64,000 nt of DNA from Nannocystales bacterium (GTDB taxonomy: Bacteria > Myxococcota_A > Polyangia > Nannocystales > Nannocystaceae): contig JBOEGF010000007.1 of assembly GCA_050633305.1 (NCBI GenBank), forward strand, positions 160,001-224,000, given 5' to 3'. Made by a program: the position numbers and the translations under genes. The notes under the pieces were generated by a model. It was not told the origin of the DNA, did no database searches, and was given only the letters and a program-made list of their open reading frames with translations. Below are positions 28,691 to 38,765 of the stretch, piece by piece. Within the stretch, counting starts at the first letter, position 1. Each line of letters starts with the position of its first letter.

Positions 28691-29563
28691 ATGCGACGAT
28701 CGATGTTCGGCCCTGCCGTGGCTCTATCCATCGCCTCCTGTGTTCCCAAGGCCGACTACGACGAAGCGAAGTCGCAACTGGCCGAGGCGCGGCAGGCCCT
28801 GCTCGATGCAGGGGCGGAAGAGGAACGGCAAGGCCGTGAACTGGGAGAGGTTCGCGCCACGCTTGCGCGGTACGAGGCGGAACTCGAGGCTGCACACCAA
28901 GAGGCCGCGACGCTCCGCCGCGAGCTGGAGATGACCGCCGTTCAGCGGGACGCGCGCGCAGCCGAGCTTGCGAACGCGATGAACGACCAGGACGCGCTGC
29001 AGGCCTCCATCGAGGCGATGACGCAGGCGCTGGCCGAAGCCAACGAGCGGGAGCTTGCTGCGGAGCGCCGGGTGTACGAGTTCAAGACCCTTCTCGCTCG
29101 GTTCCAGACGCTCATCGATGCGGGAAAGCTCCGGATCAAGATCGTCGATGGCCGGATGGTGCTCGAGCTGCCCACCGACATCTTGTTTGGCAGCGGCTCC
29201 GCTTCGCTCTCGGCCGAGGGGGAATCCGCGTTGCAGGAAGTTGGCGCAGTGCTCGCCGAGATGTCCGACCGCTCGTTCCAGGTCGAAGGGCACACCGACG
29301 ACGTCCCGATCGACACCAAGCGGTTCGGCGACAACTGGGAGCTCGCAGCTGCCCGAGCCCTCGGCGTGCGCGCAACGCTCGAGGCGGCCGGCATGAAGCC
29401 CTCGCAGCTCAGCGCGGCGAGCTTTGCCGACACCCACCCGGTCGCCGGGAATGGCACGCCCGAGGGGAAAGGCGCCAATCGCAGGATCGAGATCGTGCTC
29501 CGTCCCGACCTCTCCGCGTTGCCGGGCGCCGAGGAGCTCGAGGCCCTCGAGACGCGCCGCTGA
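28691..29563 (+). CDS. OmpA/MotB-family peptidoglycan-binding lipoprotein with coiled coil
   Basis: Lipobox IASC; ILFGSGSA, VEGHTDDVPI, NWELAAARA, NRRIEIVL. Confidence 0.88.
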   Translation: MRRSMFGPAVALSIASCVPKADYDEAKSQLAEARQALLDAGAEEERQGRELGEVRATLARYEAELEAAHQEAATLRRELEMTAVQRDARAAELANAMNDQDALQASIEAMTQALAEANERELAAERRVYEFKTLLARFQTLIDAGKLRIKIVDGRMVLELPTDILFGSGSASLSAEGESALQEVGAVLAEMSDRSFQVEGHTDDVPIDTKRFGDNWELAAARALGVRATLEAAGMKPSQLSAASFADTHPVAGNGTPEGKGANRRIEIVLRPDLSALPGAEELEALETRR

Positions 29564-29680
29564 CCCCGTTTTTTCTGGTGGGGTACGAGTCCACCCACAT
29601 TGGCCCCGGGCTGGGACTGCCGTACCCTGGCCTCGTCGATTCTGGGCTGGGCTTCCCAGGCATAGAAAGGGCACACCTAC

Positions 29681-31468
29681 ATGAAAAAACTCGTCTACCT
29701 GTTTCCTGCAGTGATCGCACTTGGCTTCGCGGGCTGTACCGATGATGCCACCGGCACCGCCGACACCGACTCGGATACCGAAGACGGGACCACGGCTGCC
29801 ACGGACCCTACGGATCCCACGGACCCCACCACCGGTGGTTCGACGACCACGGACCCGACGCTCGACCCCGAGACCGGCTCGGAGAGCGGGACCACGGATC
29901 CTCCCGGCTGTGATGAAGATGACGCGTGCACGCCGGATACGGTCGAGGCCGACTGTGGTGCGAACTTCAACTGCGTGGCGTGCTTGTGCGTCCCGGACGG
30001 CGACGCGCCTCTGTGTCCCGATGGCTGGGGCGACGGGGCGTATGCGGACTGTGGAAACGGGGAGCCGTGCGGCGGCGAGCTGCAAAGCGCCTGCGTTGCC
30101 GGAACGGGCGACGCCTCGGTCTGTCTGTTCTTGGGCTGCGAGGAACTCTGTGATTGTCCCGCGCCCCCGGAGGGCTTCGAGGACCTCGGCAGGTGCGTGG
30201 ACCAGTTCGGTCCCGGCGGCGTGCTCGATGATGTCAACGACTGCTTCCTCGATTGCAGCGGCGGCGAGGCCTGTCCCGGCGGCATGTTCTGCGACGGCGG
30301 CGTTTGTTTCGTTGGAGAGGGACCGCCTCCGGCGACAGGCTACGGCGACTGCGTGAACAACGAGGGCTGTGCAAACGCAAACGAGGGCTGCATCGCCGAC
30401 AACGTCGCGGACCCGACGCTCGGCTTCTGCACTTCGGGTTGCGAGAGCGCTGACGATTGCAACGACGCGCCCGCAACCGGGGATGCGCCGGTCACATGCG
30501 ATGACCTCACCGGGGACATGATGGGGAACTGCTTCCTCGACTGCGCCGGTGGCGAGACGTGTCCCGATGGGATGTCGTGCGCGTTCAACTCGTTCTGCGC
30601 GTGGGACGTCGTTCCCGACTCTGGCTATGCAGACTGCGCGAGCCAGCCCGACAGCGTCTGCCTCACGGGTGAGACGTGTGTCGAGAACGTCGACAAGGCA
30701 ACCGGCACCACCGAGATCTGCGCTGCAGCTGACTGTGTCGACCCCGCGGCGGATTGCCCGGACCTGCCTGTGACCGGGGACGCGCCCGCCGCTTGTATGG
30801 ACATTGATGGGGCCGCGGGCGACGAGTGCGTGCTCGACTGTAGCGCCGCCCAAACTTGCCCCGACGGAGCTGTCTGCACCGAGGCCGGCTTCTGCTCGTA
30901 CGAGGTTCCAACGTTCACCTTCATGGAAGACTTCCAGGGTGGGGCGCTCCCCGCTGGGTGGACCGTGCAGAACGTCGATGGCCTGACGCCGGATGCGATG
31001 GTCTCGTTCGTGGACGATGCGTGGGTCGTCGCCGACAACCAGTCTCCACTCACTCCCGCCGGAGAGTTCTGGGCGATCAGCACGTCGTGGTACGCCCCCG
31101 TGGGAACCTCGGATGACTGGATCATCTCACCGGTGATCACGCTCGGCGCAACTGCGACGCTTCAATGGAGCGCGTTCACGGTGAACCCTGCGTTCGCCGA
31201 CGGATACGAGGTGTACGTGGTCCCGACGACCGTGACCGAGTTCACGGACTTTGTCGGTGATGGCGACCCGACGGCGTTCCTGGCTCTGGACTCGATGGTC
31301 GTGCCTTCGGCCGAGCCCGTGTTCCAGATCGACGAGGAAGAGGGCTCCATTCAGAACCGCGGCGTCGACATCGGCGGATTGGCCGGGCAGGACGTGCATG
31401 TCGCGTTCCGGAACAACTCCGACGACGCGCTGTTGCTCTTCGTCGACAACATCGCCGTCATCGAGTAG
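29681..31468 (+). CDS. Cys-rich repeat lipoprotein with C-terminal cleaved-adhesin / choice-of-anchor-J-like domain
   Basis: Lipobox FAGC; three YxDC...C(F/V)LDC..TCPDG repeats; EDFQGGALPAGW, SDDWIISP, VHVAFR...VDNI. Confidence 0.8.
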   Translation: MKKLVYLFPAVIALGFAGCTDDATGTADTDSDTEDGTTAATDPTDPTDPTTGGSTTTDPTLDPETGSESGTTDPPGCDEDDACTPDTVEADCGANFNCVACLCVPDGDAPLCPDGWGDGAYADCGNGEPCGGELQSACVAGTGDASVCLFLGCEELCDCPAPPEGFEDLGRCVDQFGPGGVLDDVNDCFLDCSGGEACPGGMFCDGGVCFVGEGPPPATGYGDCVNNEGCANANEGCIADNVADPTLGFCTSGCESADDCNDAPATGDAPVTCDDLTGDMMGNCFLDCAGGETCPDGMSCAFNSFCAWDVVPDSGYADCASQPDSVCLTGETCVENVDKATGTTEICAAADCVDPAADCPDLPVTGDAPAACMDIDGAAGDECVLDCSAAQTCPDGAVCTEAGFCSYEVPTFTFMEDFQGGALPAGWTVQNVDGLTPDAMVSFVDDAWVVADNQSPLTPAGEFWAISTSWYAPVGTSDDWIISPVITLGATATLQWSAFTVNPAFADGYEVYVVPTTVTEFTDFVGDGDPTAFLALDSMVVPSAEPVFQIDEEEGSIQNRGVDIGGLAGQDVHVAFRNNSDDALLLFVDNIAVIE

Positions 31469-31497
31469 CTCACGCTCAACATCGTCATGCGGTCGCA

Positions 31498-31530
31498 AAG
31501 GAGTCGGGCATTTTGCCCGGCTCCTTTTTT
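31498..31530 (+). terminator. Rho-independent terminator
   Basis: GGAGTCGGGCA-TTT-TGCCCGGCTCC stem (one G-U pair) followed by TTTTTT, about 30 nt after the stop at 31468. Confidence 0.85.
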
Positions 31531-32181
31531 CGTGAGGCGTCGTTCGGGGGGGCCTGCCCGATCGGGCTCCGCGGTGGAGCTCTCCATCGCTCTCAACGGT
31601 GCCGCACAGGTCAGCGCGAGCTCGAAGCTTGTTGGGGAAGCGAAGAAGACGGGAGAAACCGACAGGCGTCGAACGAAACGCCTACGCCCGGCTTGGCTCG
31701 CGAAAGTCTCATCCCGGACACCGGGAAGAAGCCGACCTGTAGAAGGACTTCAGGCGCTTGCACGGGGCGGCGTGGTCGAAAGCCTCTCCGTAGACGTCGT
31801 GGAGCGGACGGTGCGAGGGCTGTTGGATGAAGGTGAGTTCGAAGGCGTGTTTTTCGAACTGCCTTGACGGGACCTTCCCTGAGCCGGCGAGGGCGGGACT
31901 CGCGTCGAGGAGTAGGCATCTTTCAGCCGGAGAAAAAATGGTCTGCTTCCGGCGTGCCGCCGATGCGCTCGTAGTCGCTCGCGCGAACTCGGGGCGGCTC
32001 TTGTTGGATCTACGGAGATACGGCTGAGTCCGTTCGTGTACGCGCTCAGGAGTTCCGCGACGCGGGTGAGTCGGTCGGACGCGTAGCACGGCTCCGACCG
32101 GTGGTGAGTCCTCATCCTGGCGGGCTGAAGCACCCCCGAAACCTCTGAACCTCGCGACGCTTGCAGTCGCGACGGAGGTCG

Positions 32182-33480
32182 CTACTCACCGGCCGGGTCG
32201 TCCGACGCATCCAGCCCCAGCGGTCCCATCACAAACCCCGGCGCCGCGGTCTTACCCGTGGCCTGGGTCTGCAGGTAGCTGGTGAGCGCGTCGTAGAGAA
32301 TCTCCCGCGCTCTCTTCTGGGAGATGGCCAGCTTGGCGGCGAGCTCGAGCAGCAGGGCCTCCTCGCTCGGGTGGAGCTCACCGTCCAAGGCCGCAATGTG
32401 GCTCAGTTGCACGAAGGCGGTGTAGGCCTCCTCGCTCGCGTTCTCCGAGAGCCACGCCGCCGACCGATCGAACATCTCCAGCGCGGCATCGGCTGACTTT
32501 ACCTCGCCGATCGATGCCTCCGGGTCGGCACACAGGTGCAGCAGGGCCAATAGGAGGATGGTGGTTTGTTGTTCGGTCGCAGGCTTGCCATCGACGTGCG
32601 TCACCAACAAACCACCGGCGATCAGCAAGTCACGCACGTGAATCTCGACCTCCTCGACCGCCTCGAACTCCATCAGCTGGGCAAGTTCGGCCACATCGGC
32701 ATCGATGGTCCGCAGCTGCTCGGGCGAGCTTTCAAAGCCGCCGCGCTCACCAAACAAGGCCAACGCTCGCACCCGCACCGGAGTCACCGGGTGGCTGAAC
32801 CGCGCCATCAGGTCGCGGCGCTCCAGGCGTTGCAGTGTTTCGAGTTGTGCCAAGAATGCGCCGATATCGTAACGCAAATGCTCAGGGCCCAGGCCGCTGG
32901 CCATCTTGAAGAAGGCACTGACAATTGCACTCAGGTCGCCGTCGACTGCCGCATAACCTGCTCGGTCGGCGGAGAGCTCGGCCAGACGGTCCCAGGTCTC
33001 GAGGCGCCGCTCAAGCAGCGGAGGCAGGCGATCGTCTTGTTCGGTGAGCACGGCCTTGGCCAGCCGCGATTGATAGTGGTTGTAGCGAAGGTGCCCAAGC
33101 TCGTGGCCGAACACGAAACTGATCTCGGGGTCGGTCATCCGCTCCACGAGGCCACTGGTCACGGAAATGATGTGCGGCTTGTTCGCCGAAACGCTGTGCA
33201 ACGCAAACCCGTTGATCGCGGCGTTGGGCTCGACGAACAGCTCCACTGGTTCTTCGAAGTCGAGCTTGGTGCGTACCGTGTCGAGCAAGCCGGTCAGGCG
33301 CGGTGCGATCAAGGGGCTGAGCCGCATTTGGCGGGTGACCACCATCTCGTACCAAGGTGCCGCGGTCTGCTGCTCGAGGTATCGACGCAACACCTCGTCA
33401 AGTCCGTAGCGGTCGTAGAGGAGTTCGATGAGCTCCCGCTCGGTCGAAAAACGGACACAGTCCAAACGTTCGCAGGCCAC
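32182..33480 (-). CDS. M48-family Zn metalloprotease fused to a TerB-like C-terminal domain
   Basis: NGFAL, GHELGH, AELSADRAG, SHP..PVR; C-terminal IAALDGELHPSEEALL (TerB-like). Confidence 0.82.
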   Translation of the reverse strand: MACERLDCVRFSTERELIELLYDRYGLDEVLRRYLEQQTAAPWYEMVVTRQMRLSPLIAPRLTGLLDTVRTKLDFEEPVELFVEPNAAINGFALHSVSANKPHIISVTSGLVERMTDPEISFVFGHELGHLRYNHYQSRLAKAVLTEQDDRLPPLLERRLETWDRLAELSADRAGYAAVDGDLSAIVSAFFKMASGLGPEHLRYDIGAFLAQLETLQRLERRDLMARFSHPVTPVRVRALALFGERGGFESSPEQLRTIDADVAELAQLMEFEAVEEVEIHVRDLLIAGGLLVTHVDGKPATEQQTTILLLALLHLCADPEASIGEVKSADAALEMFDRSAAWLSENASEEAYTAFVQLSHIAALDGELHPSEEALLLELAAKLAISQKRAREILYDALTSYLQTQATGKTAAPGFVMGPLGLDASDDPAGE

Positions 33481-33672
33481 GAGTGAGCCACGCTAGTCGC
33501 TGCGCGCGGCTGGTGCCAGCGAAGTCTCTGCGTTCACCGCTGTACGCAACGACGGCATCGAAGTCTCGGCCGTCGTGGCCCGCGCCGAGGCAGTCCAGCG
33601 GTCCAAGGGGAGTGGTCAGGAGGCTCTGCCCAGCCCCGAGCGGATCCGTGTCGTGTAGGGTCCGAGCGACCC

Positions 33673-34989
33673 ATGCCCACCGCCCTCCCACGCCTGACGC
33701 GAACCGCTGTCCTCACGCTCGCGTGGCCAGTCGTCCTCGCCCAGGCCGCCACGGCGCTCACCGGCGTCGTGGACACCATCGTCATGGGCCGGGTCGGTGG
33801 CAAGTCAGACCTCGCGGCGGTCGGCGTGGCCGCAGTCATCTTCTCGTTCGTCTACTGGGCGTTCGGCTTCCTGCGGATGTCCACCACGGGTCTCGTCGCG
33901 CAGGCCCAAGGCGCGAACGACCACGCTCAAGCCCGCGCGCACTTGGTCCGCGCCCTCATCGTCGCCGCCACCATCGGGGCCCTCATCGTCCTCGGCGCAC
34001 GACCGATCGAATGGGTCGCACTCGCCTCCTTCGACGCAGCCACTGACGTCGAGCTGCTCAGCGGCGAGTACTTCCGCGCCCGAGTCTGGGGAGCCCCAGC
34101 CGCCCTGATGGGCTACGCGGTCACGGGCTACCTGCTCGGCACGGGTCGCACCCGAGCGCTGCTGGCCTTCCAAGTCGTGCTCAACGTGACCAACGCGGGG
34201 CTGGACGCCTGGCTCGCGGGCGCGCGGGGCTGGGGACCCGCGGGCATCGGCGCGGGCACGGCGAGCGCGGAGTGGGTGTCGCTGGGCTTTGGAACGTGGT
34301 TGGTCCGCGATGCCTTACGGGCGCCCGCGAAGCTCTTCGACCGCGACAAACTCTGGGCGCTGCTCTCGGCAAACCGCGACATCTTGATCCGCACCCTCGC
34401 GCTTCTGTTTTGCTTCGCCTGGTTCGTCAACTCGGGTGCGGAAGTCGGCACCGCCGCACTCGCGGGCAACGAGGTCTTGCTGCAGTTCATCGCAGTGGCG
34501 GCGTTCGTCCTCGACGCGTTCGCATTCGTGGCCGAGAAGGAGATCGGTGAAGCGGTCGGCGCGGGCAGCCGTGACCGGGTGCGCCAAGCGATGCGCGTGA
34601 CCAGCGAGCTCGCGCTCACACTGGGCGTGGTCATCTCGGTGCTCTTCTTCGCCATGGGCCCTCCGCTCATCACGTGGATGGTTGCCGACGCTCAGGCCCG
34701 ATCCATGGCGCTGACCTACCTGCCCTACTGCGCGGTGGTCCCGGCGCTCGGTGTTCCAGCATGGCAGCTCGACGGGGCGTTCTTGGGCGCGACGCAGGGC
34801 CGCGCGCTGCGGACGTCCGCGGTGATCGCGACGGCGGTCTACCTCGGACTCGACCTTCTGCTCGCTCCGCGGTTCGAGAACGCGGGCGTCTGGCTCGCGT
34901 TCGTATCGATGTACGTTGTCCGCGCGCTGGCCCTTGGGGCACACTGGCCGGCGCTTCTCCGAGGCGTCGAAAAACCGACCGAGTCTTGA
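33673..34989 (+). CDS. dinF: MATE efflux transporter, DinF subfamily
   Basis: LTGVVDTIVMG, FGFLRMSTTGLVAQA, NRDILIRTL, WQLDGAFLGAT; about 12 TMs. Confidence 0.85.
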   Translation: MPTALPRLTRTAVLTLAWPVVLAQAATALTGVVDTIVMGRVGGKSDLAAVGVAAVIFSFVYWAFGFLRMSTTGLVAQAQGANDHAQARAHLVRALIVAATIGALIVLGARPIEWVALASFDAATDVELLSGEYFRARVWGAPAALMGYAVTGYLLGTGRTRALLAFQVVLNVTNAGLDAWLAGARGWGPAGIGAGTASAEWVSLGFGTWLVRDALRAPAKLFDRDKLWALLSANRDILIRTLALLFCFAWFVNSGAEVGTAALAGNEVLLQFIAVAAFVLDAFAFVAEKEIGEAVGAGSRDRVRQAMRVTSELALTLGVVISVLFFAMGPPLITWMVADAQARSMALTYLPYCAVVPALGVPAWQLDGAFLGATQGRALRTSAVIATAVYLGLDLLLAPRFENAGVWLAFVSMYVVRALALGAHWPALLRGVEKPTES

Positions 34990-35256
34990 CGCGGTCCTCG
35001 TCGCTGCTACACCTCCTGCTCCACGGCGACGCACGAGGGCAGGGGCCTCGGACCGTCATGGGTACGCAAGCATTCTGCTGCGTGCGAACCGGCGCGGCCC
35101 AAGCCAGCGCCCCATTCGAAACGCGGGGTCGGGCGACTTGTCGTCACCGACAGTTCCCCAGAGAAGCCGCTCGCCCGAGTCAGAACGAGGTCTCTATGCA
35201 ACGCAACTCCAATCAAACCGACGTCAGCCCCCTGTACGGGGCTGGCTGAGACTTCT

Positions 35257-35295
35257 CGAAGGGAGGCGCAATCGCGTGGCTCCCTTCGGGTTTTG
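35257..35295. terminator. Hairpin between convergent genes, likely terminator
   Basis: CGAAGGGAG (35257-35265) / CTCCCTTCG (35280-35288), followed by GGTTTTG. Confidence 0.5.
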
Positions 35296-35298
35296 CAC

Positions 35299-36537
35299 TC
35301 ACAAGGACGGAGGGCAGTCCGCCTCTGAGGCACCGTTCGCGTCGTAGAACGGGTGGGTGGCCGGCAGTTCGTCACGCAGGTCCCAGCGACACGCGAGCTG
35401 GCCTTCGATGACCTGTCGCTGCGCTCCACTGGGGGACGGTGAGTACACGCGGAACTCGTACAGGACAGCGTCGTTGCCGTTGCCGACCGAGACCGCACTG
35501 GCGTTGGCCGTACGGGATTCAGCTTCGGATGCTTCCTCGGCGCCGTCGATGAAGATCAACCGCTGAGCACTCTCCGCAGAGTTCACGAAGCTGAACAGGT
35601 GTGTTTCGCCGACCTCGATGACGTTGAGCGCGGTGGCGATCCGTGCGGCGTTTCCACTGCCGCCGATGTCGAAGATGACGCGCCGGTCGGAGTTGCCCCA
35701 CGGGATGTGGCTCGAGTACCGGCCGCCGCCCTGGCTGGGATGGTTGAGGTTGAAGTCGAAGGAGTTGCGACTGTCGACCTCTTCTTGGACCATGAAAATG
35801 GCGACGTCCGCGAGTGGTCCGTTGAACACGTCGCTGTCCGAGACCATGCTGTCGTTGCTGAACTCCACCCCGTCGCTGTCCTCGCGATAGTTCGGCTGGC
35901 CGCCCTCGTCGAGGAACATGCCCCCTGCGGAGCCCTTGTTGGTCCAGCAGTAGACCTGTTGCCCGTCGGTCGGGGGACTTTCGCTGCACTCGTCGTTGCG
36001 GAAGAGCGTTGCGTCGTCGAGGGCGTCGAGCCAGACTTGAGGCTGCTGGAGGCCGCAGGCCGAGGATGGGGTGCAGAAGCCGGTGGTGCAGTCGGTCCCG
36101 ACCAGGCAGCTCTCCTCGAACTCGCACGGAGAACACGAGCCGCCGCAGTCGACGTCGGTTTCGTCGCCGTCCATGGTCTCGTTGTCGCAGCTCACCGGCG
36201 AGGCGGTCGACTCGGAGTCGGTGGTCTCCTCGCCGCCGGTGGTGTTCGAGGCGTCGGTTGTTTCGGTGCTCGGGCCTGCGGTCGTCGCGGAGTCTGTGGT
36301 GTCGGTCCCCGGGGTGCTTGTTGCTGTGGTGGGAGCGGTCGTCGATGTGCTTGCTTGCCCGCCGGTTGCAGTCATCGCTGTTGCGTTCGAGTCACCGCTG
36401 GTGGGGCCCCCGGTGGTTGGGGAGGGTGCGTTTGTCTCTCCAGACCCCGCGGTCTCTCCGTCGGTATCGTTCCCGACGAAGTCCGTGCAACCCATCGTCA
36501 GGCACAACGCGACCCATGGCCCCAAGCTCCAGCGCAT
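35299..36537 (-). CDS. Lipoprotein with myxobacterial Cys repeat and LamG-like jelly-roll domain
   Basis: Lipobox TMGC, Thr-rich tether, DGDETDVDCGGSC, VWLDA...W.NK, YEFRVY...IEGQLACRW. Confidence 0.78.
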   Translation of the reverse strand: MRWSLGPWVALCLTMGCTDFVGNDTDGETAGSGETNAPSPTTGGPTSGDSNATAMTATGGQASTSTTAPTTATSTPGTDTTDSATTAGPSTETTDASNTTGGEETTDSESTASPVSCDNETMDGDETDVDCGGSCSPCEFEESCLVGTDCTTGFCTPSSACGLQQPQVWLDALDDATLFRNDECSESPPTDGQQVYCWTNKGSAGGMFLDEGGQPNYREDSDGVEFSNDSMVSDSDVFNGPLADVAIFMVQEEVDSRNSFDFNLNHPSQGGGRYSSHIPWGNSDRRVIFDIGGSGNAARIATALNVIEVGETHLFSFVNSAESAQRLIFIDGAEEASEAESRTANASAVSVGNGNDAVLYEFRVYSPSPSGAQRQVIEGQLACRWDLRDELPATHPFYDANGASEADCPPSL

Positions 36538-36632
36538 ACGGCCTACGCTAGCAGCTGCATACGCGCGGACGCCGTCGGTTCCCTTACGTTTCAGGACCGC
36601 GGGTCCGTGAAACCGGCTCTCGGCGGGCGGTT

Positions 36633-37628
36633 CTAGAAGCGGAGGTTCGCGGAGACGCCGCTGTAGTCCATGGAGAGCTGGGGGGCGAGCGTGAACTCGA
36701 CCCTGGCAGCCTTCTCGACGCCGTAGTTGCGCTCGTAGTTGCGTCGCTCTTTCTTGTAGGTGACGCCATAGGTGAGCAGGCCCGCGCCGCCCGCGATGGC
36801 AGAGGACGTCAGCTGGTGCATGCCGTACAAGAGCGCGTTTCGGTTGGCGTAACAGTCGAAGAACTCGTCGGTCTGGGTGTCGGCACCGTCGAGGCAGTTG
36901 GCCGCGATCCCGTTGACCGGGTTGATCGAACGAATCCGGATCACTGCGACGATAGTGCGACCGATCGCACCCGCAGCGAGCAAGCCGGCGCCCGTTCCGA
37001 TGAACACGCCCGGCTTGCGCTGAACCTCACCGGTCTTGACGGAGCGAGCAGCGTCGTACTTCGCCCGGACCGCTGCTGCGCCGGGTGCAAGGCCCCAGTT
37101 GGCCGCGTTCGGTAGGGCTTGAAGCACCCAGAGTCCCGCGTTCCCGCCTCGGGCCGACAAGAAGCACTCGGTTGCCGCGTCTGTCACGCTCTCGAGGTCG
37201 TCTTCAGACACGCTCGTCACGTCCACGCTGTCGGCGGTGCACAGCCGCTTGATTCTGGAGATCCGCAGCCCCATCACGCCCCACGCGAGCGCGCCGACGC
37301 CACCAGCCGTGGCCATGAGGCCGATGCCTTTCTTGTTTGGGATGACGATGTCGTCGATGGTCTTGGGCGCGGTGGGTCCAGGCGGGAGCGGTGCGGCTGC
37401 CTGAACCGGCGCGGCGGGTTGGACCTCCGATGGACTCGCTTCGGCGGCGGGCGTGTCGAGGGACTCGTCTTGCTGGCCGTCCACTGCGTCCGCGGGTTCC
37501 CCGGGAGCTTCAGCATCATCGCCCCAACTCGCGTCGGCCTCGGGCTGCGCGAGGATGCTCGCCAGGTGAGTCGGGGCGACCGAAGCGGTGGTCAGCAGAG
37601 CGGCGGTCATCAACGCAGTCGGCAGCAC
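36633..37628 (-). CDS. Exported/membrane hypothetical protein
   Basis: Signal-like N-terminus, Pro/Ala/Glu tether, several Gly-rich hydrophobic helices, C-terminal ..SANLRF. Confidence 0.65.
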   Translation of the reverse strand: MLPTALMTAALLTTASVAPTHLASILAQPEADASWGDDAEAPGEPADAVDGQQDESLDTPAAEASPSEVQPAAPVQAAAPLPPGPTAPKTIDDIVIPNKKGIGLMATAGGVGALAWGVMGLRISRIKRLCTADSVDVTSVSEDDLESVTDAATECFLSARGGNAGLWVLQALPNAANWGLAPGAAAVRAKYDAARSVKTGEVQRKPGVFIGTGAGLLAAGAIGRTIVAVIRIRSINPVNGIAANCLDGADTQTDEFFDCYANRNALLYGMHQLTSSAIAGGAGLLTYGVTYKKERRNYERNYGVEKAARVEFTLAPQLSMDYSGVSANLRF

Positions 37629-37829
37629 GCAACCAGAGTAGGGCTCCCAGGCTTCGACACGCAACGCTATCGCCAGCGTCTTCGACGGCCCCGTGCCCCC
37701 CGACACAGATGGCGGCGGCAATGTGAATACGTCCTTGGGGGGTCGTATGTGGCAACTTGCAACGTTGCTCCCGGTCGCCGGCCGTCGGGCTTCGCCTCGC
37801 CGGCCATAGGCCGGTACCCTCACCGCTCC

Positions 37830-38756
37830 ATGGTTCGCTCGACGCGATTGGCATGCTTGTGCGCCTGTCTACTTGCTGCCGGTTGTACCGATCGTGTGAT
37901 CGTGCAGAGCGGCTCGGCTGTGGACACGGAGCCACCGGAGGACGAGGAACCTCCGGCAGACGATGATGGGCCCTCGGACGACGAAGAGCCCGTTGATGAC
38001 GAAGAGCCGAGCGAGGACGACGATGCGCCGGCGGTTGACTGTGTCGACCAGTTCATCGACGCCCGGGAGCTTCCGCTCTCGCTCGAGGGGGCCTTCGCTC
38101 CTGGGGGCAGCCGGTTTCAGCCATCGTGCGTGGGGGCGGTCAGCGGCGAGCTGACGTTCTCATTCACCGCGCCTCGGGGTGCGAACTATCTGTTCGACAC
38201 CCAGGGCTCCAGCTTCGACACGGTTCTGTACGCGTTGGGTCCGACGTGCGAGCCCCCAGAGCTGGCGTGCAACGACGACTACGACGACCTGACCTCGCAG
38301 ATCGGTCTGGGAATGTTGGCCGGGGAGACGGCGGTGATCGTCATCGACAGCTTCGGGGCCACGGGGGAGTGGAGCTTGCAGGTGAGGGAAGGCGGGATCT
38401 GCCCCACTGAGACGCTCGACCCGAATCCCGAGGTGTACGTTGAGGGGGTCCTCGATTCGACGCAGCTGGACTCCGTTGTCCCCAGCTGTGCGGGGGCTGG
38501 GCCGGACGTCGTCTACACGTGGACGCCCCCGTTTTCAGGTCGCTGGAGGATCTCGACGGCCGGCTCGAGCTTCGACACCGTCCTCGCGGTGTTCTCGGAC
38601 GACTGCGTCACCGAACTCGCGTGCAACGATGACGGGCCGAATGACGTCTCCTCGATGCTCGATTTGGAGCTGGACGCGGGGGTGCCGGTGGCCATCGCCG
38701 TCGACTCCTTCGGTGACGAGAGCGGGAGCTTCCAGCTCTCGATCTTCCCCTCGTAG
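37830..38756 (+). CDS. Lipoprotein with two PPC-like (ELACNDD) beta-sandwich repeats
   Basis: Lipobox AAGC; two copies of T.GSSFDTVL...ELACNDD...IDSFG. Confidence 0.8.
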   Translation: MVRSTRLACLCACLLAAGCTDRVIVQSGSAVDTEPPEDEEPPADDDGPSDDEEPVDDEEPSEDDDAPAVDCVDQFIDARELPLSLEGAFAPGGSRFQPSCVGAVSGELTFSFTAPRGANYLFDTQGSSFDTVLYALGPTCEPPELACNDDYDDLTSQIGLGMLAGETAVIVIDSFGATGEWSLQVREGGICPTETLDPNPEVYVEGVLDSTQLDSVVPSCAGAGPDVVYTWTPPFSGRWRISTAGSSFDTVLAVFSDDCVTELACNDDGPNDVSSMLDLELDAGVPVAIAVDSFGDESGSFQLSIFPS

Positions 38757-38765
38757 AGAGGCCCG

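Noticed and set aside
28691..29563. Flagellar motB
   Set aside because: Has a lipobox instead of the TM helix with the conserved Asp; no motA or flagellar genes nearby.
35100..35150. c-di-GMP-I riboswitch (CCATTCGAAA resemblance)
   Set aside because: The GGCAAAC and GACGCAAAG core elements are not present in the right arrangement.
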